53,962 bases of DNA, taken from the NCBI GenBank assembly GCA_035649355.1, contig DASRJS010000056.1, positions 1-53,962 on the forward strand, given 5' to 3'. The notes below the pieces were generated by a model, which made no database searches, was not told the DNA's origin, and saw nothing but the letters and a program-made list of their open reading frames with translations. This DNA comes from Candidatus Polarisedimenticolia bacterium. Lineage in GTDB: Bacteria; Chloroflexota; Limnocylindria; Limnocylindrales; CSP1-4. Below are positions 26,044 to 34,001 of the stretch, piece by piece (the first letter of the stretch is position 1; every line of letters begins with the position of its first letter). The translations under genes were made by a program, and so were the position numbers.

Positions 26044-26072
26044 TCGCCGGCGGGGTCTCGCCTCGCCGGCGA
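26044..26072 (+). terminator. Hairpin (9-bp stem TCGCCGGCG / CGCCGGCGA, 11-nt loop) ~70 nt downstream of the Kelch gene
   Basis: The perfect stems lie at 26044-26052 and 26064-26072. There is no U-tract, so the intrinsic-terminator call is weak. Confidence 0.3.
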
Positions 26073-26184
26073 TCCGCTGCTTCCCGCCCGGGGACCATAC
26101 GCGGCTCCGACGATTGAACGCTCCCGGGGCTCGCCTCCTCTGGAGTAGTGGAACGCGTCCCCGCTGGACGCCACACTTGGGGCG

Positions 26185-26300
26185 GTGGTTGTGGATAGTG
26201 ATCTCGTCGAGCAGGCGCAGCGCGGCGACAGGGAGGCCTTTGCCATCCTGGCTCGCTCGCACGGCGAGCGGCTCATCGGGATCGCACATCGCGGGCGTCC
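26185..26300 (+). pseudogene. Remnant of an ECF sigma factor (N-terminal ~35 codons only)
   Basis: VVDSDLVEQAQRGDREAFAILARSHGERLIGIAHR aligns with the N-termini of the intact sigmas at 24102 (MDAELVIRAQRGDEEAFASL...DRLHAVAHR) and 51986 (VQTELVELARRGDREAFGVL...DRLYGIARL). The region-2 AEDATQ block and region 4 are absent in every frame I read. Confidence 0.55.
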
Positions 26301-26433
26301 GCCGGTCCATGGCGGCCGCTCGACGCCACGGTTTCGACGGCCCCGGGTCGCCGGGGGAGTTCGATCGTTCCCGCATCGAATCGGGTATCTGTCTTCGGAC
26401 GGGCCTGACAGAATCCGGATGAGGGAGAGCCGC

Positions 26434-26817
26434 ATGCCGAAGCCACGCTTCACGATGGTCGTCCTACTCGTGGAGGACATCGCACGTTCGCTGGCGTTCT
26501 ACCGGCGACTCGGAGTCGAGTTCAAGCCGGGCGACGACGAAAAGCGTGACGTGGGCGTGAACATCGGAGACGGCCGAACGATCATCTGGTCGACGACATT
26601 CGACAAGAACGACCCGAATCGCGAGGCGCCCGTCGGTGGATCGCGGATCATGCTCGAGTTCTTCGTCGAGGGCAACGACGCCGTCGACGCGAAGTGGGCC
26701 GAGCTGATCGAGGCCGGGTATCACGGCCGCCGGGCGCCCTGGCTGACGAACTTCGACGCCTACATGTGTCTCGTCGATGATCCGGACGGCAACACCGTGT
26801 TGGTGACCGCCGGCTAG
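26434..26817 (+). CDS. VOC (glyoxalase/bleomycin-resistance) family protein
   Basis: ATG 26434 follows GAGGGAGAG (26421-26429). The pattern is FTMVVLLVEDIARSLAFYRRLGVEF ... MCLVDDPDGNTVLV. Confidence 0.75.
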   Translation: MPKPRFTMVVLLVEDIARSLAFYRRLGVEFKPGDDEKRDVGVNIGDGRTIIWSTTFDKNDPNREAPVGGSRIMLEFFVEGNDAVDAKWAELIEAGYHGRRAPWLTNFDAYMCLVDDPDGNTVLVTAG

Positions 26818-26833
26818 CCCTATCCTCCGGCCG

Positions 26834-28087
26834 GTGCGCTTCCTGCCCGGCCGCATCCTCGACGTCATCGCCCCGCAGCGGCTCGGGCGGAGCTTCCGCT
26901 GGCTGCTCTCCGCCGCGCTGATCAATAACGTCGGCGACGGCGTCGTGATCGCTGCCGGCCCGCTCCTCATCGCCTCACAGACCCGCGACCCGTTCCTCGT
27001 GTCCCTCGCCCTGATGATGGAGTACCTGCCGGTCTTCCTCTTCGGGTTCATCGGTGGGACGTTCGCGGACCGCTTCGATCGCAAGCGGATGGTCATCTTC
27101 TCGAATGCCGGCCGCGCACTCGTGCTCGCAGTCCTCGTCGCGACGATTGCCACCGGCAGCGTCAACATCGTCGTCGTCCTGGTCGCTCTGTTTGCGATGG
27201 GCACGGCCGAAACCTTCGCCGACTCCGCGAGCAGCACGCTCATCCCGGGCCTCGTCGCCAAGAGCGATCTCGGCATCGCGAACTCGCGCATGCAGGGCGC
27301 GTTCCTGCTGACGAACCAGCTGCTGACGCCACCGATCGGGGCCTTCCTGTTCGCCGTCGGGATGGCCCTGCCGTTCGCGACGAACGCCGCGTGCTATGCG
27401 CTCGGCGCCGTGCTGATCTCGCGGGTCGTCACCGCGCCGCGCGAGCCGGCGGGGCAGGGGAGCAGCTTCGTGGCCGACCTCGTCGAAGGGTTCCGCTGGC
27501 TGATGGCCCACCCGCCGATGCGGACGCTGAGCCTGACGATCCTGGCCTTCAACGTCACGTTCGGAGCTGCGTGGTCAGTGCTGGTGCTCTACGCGACGGA
27601 CCGGCTCGGGATGAGCGAGGTCGGGTTCGGTCTCCTGACGACCGCGATCGCGATCGGCGGCGTCGCCGGGACCGTCCTCTACGGCCCGCTCGAGCGGCGA
27701 TTCTCGCTCGCCGACATCATGCGCGTCGGGCTCGTCATCGAAACCTTGACGCACCTGATCCTCGCCCTGACGACGTCGCAAGAGCTCGTCCTGGCCACGT
27801 TCGTCGTCTTCGGTGCCCACGCCTTCATCTGGGGTACGACGTCCACGGTCGTCCGGCAGCGCGCGGTGCCGGATGAGCTCCTTGGACGGGTCGGCGGGGT
27901 CTACCGCGTCGCGATCGTCGGTGGCATGGTCATCGGCACGCCGCTCGGCGGCTTGATCGCGAAGGGCTTCGGCCTCACAACGCCGTTCTGGTTCGGGTTC
28001 GCTGGCTCTGCGCTGCTCGTCATCGTGCTGTGGCGCCAGTTCGAGCACATCGTCCACGCCGGCGACTCGGTGAGCTCAACGTCCTGA
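26834..28087 (+). CDS. MFS transporter (EntS/MFS_3-like)
   Basis: The start is GTG 26834. It has about 12 TM helices and the N-terminal SFRWLLSAALINNVGDGVVIAAGPLLI motif. Confidence 0.85.
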   Translation: MRFLPGRILDVIAPQRLGRSFRWLLSAALINNVGDGVVIAAGPLLIASQTRDPFLVSLALMMEYLPVFLFGFIGGTFADRFDRKRMVIFSNAGRALVLAVLVATIATGSVNIVVVLVALFAMGTAETFADSASSTLIPGLVAKSDLGIANSRMQGAFLLTNQLLTPPIGAFLFAVGMALPFATNAACYALGAVLISRVVTAPREPAGQGSSFVADLVEGFRWLMAHPPMRTLSLTILAFNVTFGAAWSVLVLYATDRLGMSEVGFGLLTTAIAIGGVAGTVLYGPLERRFSLADIMRVGLVIETLTHLILALTTSQELVLATFVVFGAHAFIWGTTSTVVRQRAVPDELLGRVGGVYRVAIVGGMVIGTPLGGLIAKGFGLTTPFWFGFAGSALLVIVLWRQFEHIVHAGDSVSSTS

Positions 28088-28167
28088 CGGCGGTGCCACT
28101 GAGGCCCAATCGAGGGCGACCGGAGTAGGCTTCGAGGTCCAGCGCACGCGTACGCGAGGAGGACGCG

Positions 28168-28392
28168 ATGAGCACACGCCAGACGCTCGCAGAAGCGATG
28201 CACCTCCCAGGCGACAGCGACACGATGTCGTGGCTCCACGAGCATGGCGTCGCGGTCACGGATGAGGACACCATGAGTCGCGCGATCCACGATATCTACT
28301 GCGGGATCACCGCCGACCACCTCGAGCCGAACGAGAAGGACCGGAACCAGGCACGCGACATGATCGCGGCCCTGCAGAAGCACTCGACCTAG
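28168..28392 (+). CDS. Hypothetical small protein (74 aa)
   Basis: ATG 28168 follows GAGGAGGA (28156-28163). The composition is acidic and non-shadow-like. I recognise no domain. Confidence 0.45.
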   Translation: MSTRQTLAEAMHLPGDSDTMSWLHEHGVAVTDEDTMSRAIHDIYCGITADHLEPNEKDRNQARDMIAALQKHST

Positions 28393-28426
28393 GCAAACCC
28401 AGCTCTGAACCGTCGCCGGCGCGGGC

Positions 28427-29155
28427 CTACTCAGCCTGGCCGCGATCGTCGCCGCGGACCGTCTGACGGAGGGTGGTTGCGCGTGACCGGAGGTCGCGGA
28501 AGAAGTCCGTGTCCGTGATCTCGGACACGCGCTTGGCCTGGCGCGCCTGGTCGATCTCGATCCGCAGCTCTCGAACCTCGGCCTTGAGCCGCTCCTCGCG
28601 GGCCTTGACCTCGGCGGCCATCGTGGCGAAGCGCCGGGCGAGCACGCCGAGCGCGTCCGTGCGCGCGGCAACCTCGGCCAGCCCATCGGCGGCGAAGGTG
28701 CCGGCTTCGAGGGCCTCCGCGGCGCCCGTCACTCGCGACACCTGCTCGAGGTACTCGAGCTCGAGGTCCCGCAGCCGCTTCGCCGCAAGCGACGACTCCA
28801 GGCGCGCGCGGAGGATCGCGGGTTCGAACGGCTTCGTGAGGTAGTCCGTCGCGCCCATCTCAATGCAGCGCACGACGCTCTCGAGCTCGTCGACGCCCGA
28901 GATGATGATGACCGGGATATGGTCGAGCGCGGGATCGGCCTTGATCGCAGCCAGGGTGGCGTAGCCGTCGAGCTCGGGCATCACGATGTCGAGGAGCACG
29001 ACGTCGTACGGCTCCTCGCGGAGCCGGCCCAGGGCGGCCCGGCCGTCCGGAGCCTCGCTGACGTCGCGACCCTCAGCCTCCAGCGCCCGCCGCAGCAGCA
29101 TCCGATTGAGCCGCTCGTCGTCGACGACAAGGACCCGCCCGGCACCGTCGGTCAT
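28427..29155 (-). CDS. Response regulator: receiver domain plus a HAMP-like/coiled-coil C-terminal tail, with no DNA-binding domain
   Basis: Receiver motifs are VLVVDDE, the phospho-acceptor VVLLDIVMPELDG and DYLTKPF. The tail reads ...DALGVLARRFATMAAEVKAREERLKAEVRELRIEIDQARQAKRVSEITDTDFFRDLRSRA. ATG 29155 overlaps the Hpt stop (ATGA). Confidence 0.85.
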   Translation of the reverse strand: MTDGAGRVLVVDDERLNRMLLRRALEAEGRDVSEAPDGRAALGRLREEPYDVVLLDIVMPELDGYATLAAIKADPALDHIPVIIISGVDELESVVRCIEMGATDYLTKPFEPAILRARLESSLAAKRLRDLELEYLEQVSRVTGAAEALEAGTFAADGLAEVAARTDALGVLARRFATMAAEVKAREERLKAEVRELRIEIDQARQAKRVSEITDTDFFRDLRSRATTLRQTVRGDDRGQAE

Positions 29156-29514
29156 CGCGCCGCCTGCAGCGCGGCGAGCTCGGCTCGGACTCGATCGAAC
29201 TCCCGCGCCGCCTCGGCGACACGGTCAGCCGCCGCGTCCACGACTCCGCCGCGGGCGTCGGTCTCGAGGCTCCGGCACAGCTCGGCCAGCCGCTCCGCGC
29301 CCATGTTGGCGCTGTTGCTCTTGAGCGAGTGCGCGGGCCGGACGAGGTCCTCGACCGCGCCGCTTCCAGCAGCGGCGCGCATCGCGTCGAGCTGCACGAC
29401 CGCGTCCTCGAGGAAGGTCTGCACCAGCTCATCGAGGAACTCGGGATCGCCGCCGGTCATGTCGAGGAGACGATCGAGAGCGGCTGGGTCCACCGACCGA
29501 ACGTTGTCTGTCAC
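29152..29514 (-). CDS. Hpt (histidine phosphotransfer) domain protein
   Basis: The 120-aa four-helix-type sequence carries the phospho-His motif AHSLKSNSANMGA. GTG 29514 overlaps the kinase stop (GTGA). Confidence 0.85.
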   Translation of the reverse strand: MTDNVRSVDPAALDRLLDMTGGDPEFLDELVQTFLEDAVVQLDAMRAAAGSGAVEDLVRPAHSLKSNSANMGAERLAELCRSLETDARGGVVDAAADRVAEAAREFDRVRAELAALQAAR

Positions 29515-32500
29515 GCGCCGCCCTCCGTCGCGCCTGTCAGCGCCGGCGTCGCCGCGAGGGCCGCGGCCAGCAGGTCCGGCCGGATGGGCTTCGAGAGGTA
29601 GTCATTCATGCCCGCCGCAAGACACGTTTCCCGGTCGCCCTCCATCGCATTCGCGGTCATGGCGACGATCCTGACGGGACGCTCGGGCATCTGCTGGCGG
29701 ATCCGACGCGTCGCCTCGAGCCCGTCCATGTCCGGCATCTGGACGTCCATCAAGACGAGGTCGTAGGTCTGCCGCTCGAGCGCCTCGAGCACCTTGAACC
29801 CGTCAATTGCGAGGTCGGCCTCGTAGCCCATGCCCTTCAGGAGGCGCAGCGCGAGCTTCTGATTGACGGCGTTATCCTCCGCGAGCAGCACTCGAAGTGG
29901 ATGTCGAAGGCCAAGGTCGGCGTCCGCAACGAACTTCGTCGTGGCGGTCCTCGACCGACCGTCGCGTTCGCCCAGGACGCGGACCAGCATCTCGCGCAAC
30001 GCGGCCGGCTTGACGGGCTTGGCGAGCCACGCACCGGCGGATTCGGCCTCGTGCTCGCGATGTCCCAGCGAGGACACGATGATCACGCGCGGCGGGTCGT
30101 CGGGACGGGCTGCCCGGATCGCCGCGGCAAGCTCGATGCCGTCCAGCGCCGGCATCTGGAGATCGGTCAGCAGGACGTCGTAGTGACGCTGCGCGGCCAG
30201 GTCACGCGCCTCGGTCGGTGACGTCGTTGCGGTCACGTCGAGCTCCAGCCGCTCGAGGAGCGCGACGAGGATTCGCAGGTTCGTGGCGTTGTCGTCCACG
30301 GCCAACGCGGTGCGGCCGGCCAGCACCACCTCCGCAGCTCGAGCGCCGCTGCCGTCCCCTTCGGACTCGGGCGCCTGACTCTCGGGCAGACGGAGCGTCA
30401 ACGTGAATGTGCTTCCCTCGCCGGGCAACCCGCTGCTCTCGGCCACGAGGCTCCCGCCCATGAGCTCGGCCAGGCGACGGCTGATCGCGAGCCCGAGGCC
30501 GGTGCCGCCATAGCGGCGCGAGATCGACGCGTCGGCCTGGCTGAACGAGCGGAACAGCCGGTCCATTTGATCGCCCGGAATGCCGATCCCGGAGTCGGCG
30601 ATCGACAGCGACAGGTCCCAGCTCGGCGAGCCGCCGCCGCGAACACGCTGACCGCCGATGGCAACGCCGATCTCGCCGGCGTCTGTGAACTTCATGGCGT
30701 TCGACAGGAGGTTCAGCATGATCTGACGCAGCCGTCCGGCATCACCCATGAACCAGCGCGGCAGGTCCGGCTCGATCGAGTAGGTGAGCTCGAGGCCCTT
30801 GCCGGCGGCGATCGGCTCCACGACGTCAAGGGCGCCCTCGATCGTTGCCGCCAGATCGAAGCGGTGGATGTCGAGGTCCAGGCGACCAGCTTCGATCTTC
30901 GAGAAGTCGAGGATGTCGTTGATGATCGTGAGCAGTGCCTCGCCGGATGTGCGGATCGTCTCGGCGAAGTCGCGCTGCTCGTCATTGAGGTCCGTGTCCA
31001 CCAGCAGGCCGCTCATGCCGATGATCGCGTTCATCGGCGTCCGGATCTCGTGGCTCATCGACGCGAGGAACGTGCTCTTCGCCGCATTCGCCGCATCCGC
31101 CTCGCGGCGCGCCGCCTGGAGCTCTGTGATGTCGTGGTAGATCGCGTAGTAGCCGGTGTGGACGCCGTCGACGATCAGGGGCACGATCACGATCTCGACG
31201 TCGACGGCCGCGCCGTCCTTACGACGACGCTGCCCGATCAGCTGGGCTCGGCCGGTCTCGTCAGCCAGTCGCGTGGGCGCTTCGCCTTCATCGCGCTCTT
31301 CGGGCAGGAACAGGAGGTCGTAGATCGAGCGCCCGATCGCCTCCTCGGCGCGGTAGCCGAAGAGCCGGGCTGCTGCGGGGTTCCAGTCTGAGACGACCTC
31401 GTTTCGGTCCATCGTTACGATCGCCACCGGGCTGATCTCGATGAGCGCCTCGAGGTATTGCTTGCGGCGCCGGATCTCCGCAGCGGCCTCAACCTGCGCG
31501 GTGATGTCCAGCATGAAGCCCTGCACATGCATCGGCTTCCCGTCCTCATCTCGCACGATCCACGAGTCGTCACGAATCCAGACGATCCGACCATCGGCGG
31601 CGATCATCCGGTACTCGTAGGACGACTTCTGGTCGCCTCCGACGAGATTCGATCGCACCTCCCTGACGATCGCATCGCGGTCGTCGGGATGAATGACCTT
31701 CGTGAAGAAGGCCGGCTCGAGCCACTGTTCGATCGAGTAGCCGAACATCCCGACAATTCCGGGGCTGACGTACTTCGAGGTCGAGCTCTCATCCGGGTAG
31801 TCGGTGTAGATCGCGAGCGGCAGCTCCTCGACGAGCCGGCGGTATTGCTCCTCGCTCTCCTTCTGGGCAAGCACGAGGCGCGCGTTTTCGATGCCGACAC
31901 CGAGGCTCGAGGCGAGCGTCGACAGGAAGCGGCGATGGCCCTCGTCGAACGCACGCGGGTCGCTCGAGCCGATCGCGAAGACACCGATCGCGCGATCGCC
32001 CGACGGGATCGGCACGCCGAGGTACGACTCGGTGCCGCCAACGGCGTACGGCATGCCTTGCCGTGCCGCCTCGTCGGCGGACTGGATAAGGAGGGGCTTG
32101 TTCGTCCGGAGGATCTCGGTGGAAAGCGGGTCGCTGAGGAGCGAGCCCTCCATGGCTGAGTTCCGGATGCCGCCATCGATCCAGTACAGGAAGCGGAACT
32201 CGCCCGTCTTCGGGTCGAGGAGGCAGATCGACAGGCCGCGCACGCCGAGCGCCTCGACGGCCCGGTCGCCAACCGCCTCGACGACGCCCTGCAGGTCCCG
32301 CTGCGTGACGAGCGAGTTGCTGATCTCGTTGACGACCGCGAGCTCGGCGTTGCGCTGCGCTGTCTCGGAAAGGAGGCGCTTCGCTTCGTCGAAGAGCCGG
32401 GCGTTCTCGAGTGCGACGCCCATGCTCGAGGCGAGGGTCGACAGGAAGCGGACATGGCCCTCGTCGAACGCGTTCTTTTCGGTCGAACCGATGGCGAACA

Positions 32501-34001
32501 CACCGATCGCGCGATCGCCCGCTGGAATCGGGACGCCGAGGTAGGCCTCTGTGCCCCCGACCGCGAATGGCGTCCCCCGCGCGGCGGCCTCTTCCGCGGA
32601 CCTGAGGAGCAGCGGCTCCTTGGTCCTGAGGATCTGGGCGGAAAGAGGGTCGCCGAGGACCATGCCTTCGCGGCTCGAGTTCCGGACACCCTCGTCGATC
32701 CAGTACAGGAATCGGAGCTCGTCGGTCTTCGGGTCGATGAGGCAGATCGAGAGGCCGCGCACCCCCAGCGCCTCGACGGCCCGGTCGCCCACGGCCTCGA
32801 GGACGCCCTGCAGGTCGCGCTGCATGACGAGCGCGGTGCCGATTTCGTTGACGACCGCGAGCTCGGCGTTGCGCTGCTCGGTCTCGGCCAGGAGGCGCTT
32901 CGTATCGTCGAACAGCCGCGCGTTGTCGAGCGCCACCCCCATGCTCTGGGCGAGCGTCGAGAGCAGGCGAGCGTCTCCGCCGTCGAACGCGTGGCGCTCG
33001 AGGCTCTCGAGGTCGATGACGCCGATGACCTTGTCGGCGGCGAAGATCGGCACGCCAAGGAACGATTCGTGCTTCACGTCGCCGAGGAAGACCACGCCCT
33101 TGGTCTCGCTCTCCGCGAGCGTCCCGACGATGACGGGCCCGCGAGTCTCGTAGACCAGCCGCGTGAGGCCGGTGTCGATCGGCTGCGGGTCGCTGTAGAT
33201 CCGCCGGCCCTCCTCGAGCGCGAAGGCCCAGTCCGTCAGCCGAGCGGCCGGATCGAGCAGGCCGATCGAGATCGAACGGACGTCGAAGATGTCGCGGATC
33301 TTCCGGCCAACGAGCTCGAGGATGGCTTCGAAGTCGAGCTGCTTCGAGAGCGCGAGACCGATCTCGCTGATCACCGCGAGCTCGGCGTTCCGCTGGCGAA
33401 CCTCGTCGATGCCGCGGAACCGGATCAGCGCGGTGGCGACGTGCTGGCCCACGAAGTTGAGCAGTCGGAGATCGTCGTCCGAATAGCGCTCGCCAGCCCG
33501 ATAGGTCTGGACGACGAGCACGCCGAGCACGCGGCCCTCGGCCCTGAGCGGGATCCCAAGCCAGTCCTCGCCCTGCGACCCGACGAGCTGGATCTCGCCG
33601 GCCTGGATGAGCTGGTTCCAGCGTTCGACCGGCACGTGCTGGGGCTGGCCGGTTCGGAGGACGTAGCCGGTGAGGCCGCTGCCGAAGTGTGTGCCGAGCG
33701 GGTCCCACTGCGATGGCTCCGGCCAGTCGGTATCGACTGAATCGCGGTAGTACGGGAAGCTCAGCATGCTGCGCTCGTCGTCATAGAGTGCGATGTAGAA
33801 GTTCTCGCCGGACATCAAGCTCGAAACGATCTCGTGGATCGTCGCGTAGAAGGCGTCGATATCCGGGACGGCGCTGGCCGCGTCCGCGATCCGGTACAGC
33901 GCGGCCTGGACCTGCTGACTGCGCCTGAGGCGCTCCTGGTCGGCCTCGAGCTCGATGATCCTCTTCTGGGCGGCTTCGAACTCCGCCCGCGGATCGGTCA
34001 C
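29511..34001 (-). CDS. Cytoplasmic hybrid sensor histidine kinase: 4x GAF, 2x PAS, HisKA, HATPase_c, 2x receiver (1496 aa)
   Basis: No TM segment is seen. GAF-like modules lie at about aa 30-195, 205-360, 378-533 and 551-706. PAS domains lie at about aa 720-835 and 845-960. The H-box is SMSHEIRTPMN (His984). N/G boxes are LLSNAMKFT, DSGIGI and GGTGLGL. Receivers lie at about aa 1230-1345 (VLLTDLQMP) and 1368-1480 (LVLMDVQMPDMDG...SKP). GTG 34001 overlaps the upstream kinase stop (GTGA). Confidence 0.9.
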   Translation of the reverse strand: MTDPRAEFEAAQKRIIELEADQERLRRSQQVQAALYRIADAASAVPDIDAFYATIHEIVSSLMSGENFYIALYDDERSMLSFPYYRDSVDTDWPEPSQWDPLGTHFGSGLTGYVLRTGQPQHVPVERWNQLIQAGEIQLVGSQGEDWLGIPLRAEGRVLGVLVVQTYRAGERYSDDDLRLLNFVGQHVATALIRFRGIDEVRQRNAELAVISEIGLALSKQLDFEAILELVGRKIRDIFDVRSISIGLLDPAARLTDWAFALEEGRRIYSDPQPIDTGLTRLVYETRGPVIVGTLAESETKGVVFLGDVKHESFLGVPIFAADKVIGVIDLESLERHAFDGGDARLLSTLAQSMGVALDNARLFDDTKRLLAETEQRNAELAVVNEIGTALVMQRDLQGVLEAVGDRAVEALGVRGLSICLIDPKTDELRFLYWIDEGVRNSSREGMVLGDPLSAQILRTKEPLLLRSAEEAAARGTPFAVGGTEAYLGVPIPAGDRAIGVFAIGSTEKNAFDEGHVRFLSTLASSMGVALENARLFDEAKRLLSETAQRNAELAVVNEISNSLVTQRDLQGVVEAVGDRAVEALGVRGLSICLLDPKTGEFRFLYWIDGGIRNSAMEGSLLSDPLSTEILRTNKPLLIQSADEAARQGMPYAVGGTESYLGVPIPSGDRAIGVFAIGSSDPRAFDEGHRRFLSTLASSLGVGIENARLVLAQKESEEQYRRLVEELPLAIYTDYPDESSTSKYVSPGIVGMFGYSIEQWLEPAFFTKVIHPDDRDAIVREVRSNLVGGDQKSSYEYRMIAADGRIVWIRDDSWIVRDEDGKPMHVQGFMLDITAQVEAAAEIRRRKQYLEALIEISPVAIVTMDRNEVVSDWNPAAARLFGYRAEEAIGRSIYDLLFLPEERDEGEAPTRLADETGRAQLIGQRRRKDGAAVDVEIVIVPLIVDGVHTGYYAIYHDITELQAARREADAANAAKSTFLASMSHEIRTPMNAIIGMSGLLVDTDLNDEQRDFAETIRTSGEALLTIINDILDFSKIEAGRLDLDIHRFDLAATIEGALDVVEPIAAGKGLELTYSIEPDLPRWFMGDAGRLRQIMLNLLSNAMKFTDAGEIGVAIGGQRVRGGGSPSWDLSLSIADSGIGIPGDQMDRLFRSFSQADASISRRYGGTGLGLAISRRLAELMGGSLVAESSGLPGEGSTFTLTLRLPESQAPESEGDGSGARAAEVVLAGRTALAVDDNATNLRILVALLERLELDVTATTSPTEARDLAAQRHYDVLLTDLQMPALDGIELAAAIRAARPDDPPRVIIVSSLGHREHEAESAGAWLAKPVKPAALREMLVRVLGERDGRSRTATTKFVADADLGLRHPLRVLLAEDNAVNQKLALRLLKGMGYEADLAIDGFKVLEALERQTYDLVLMDVQMPDMDGLEATRRIRQQMPERPVRIVAMTANAMEGDRETCLAAGMNDYLSKPIRPDLLAAALAATPALTGATEGGA
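31869..32906 (-). repeat. Intragenic tandem duplication of a ~519-nt (173-aa) GAF module
   Basis: Protein units at aa ~366-538 and ~539-711 are identical at most positions (e.g. QRNAELAVVNEI..., AVGDRAVEALGVRGLSICL(I/L)DPKT, YLGVPIP.GDRAIGVFAIGS, FLSTLASS.GV..ENARL). The DNA is clearly alignable with a 519-nt period (e.g. ~32190-32320 vs ~32708-32835). Confidence 0.8.

Noticed and set aside
26185-26817. A single 210-aa protein, as in the ORF track.
   Set aside because: It is a chimera of a 35-aa sigma-factor stub, a junk linker and a complete VOC protein with its own SD and ATG (26434). See the pseudogene feature and the corresponding finding.
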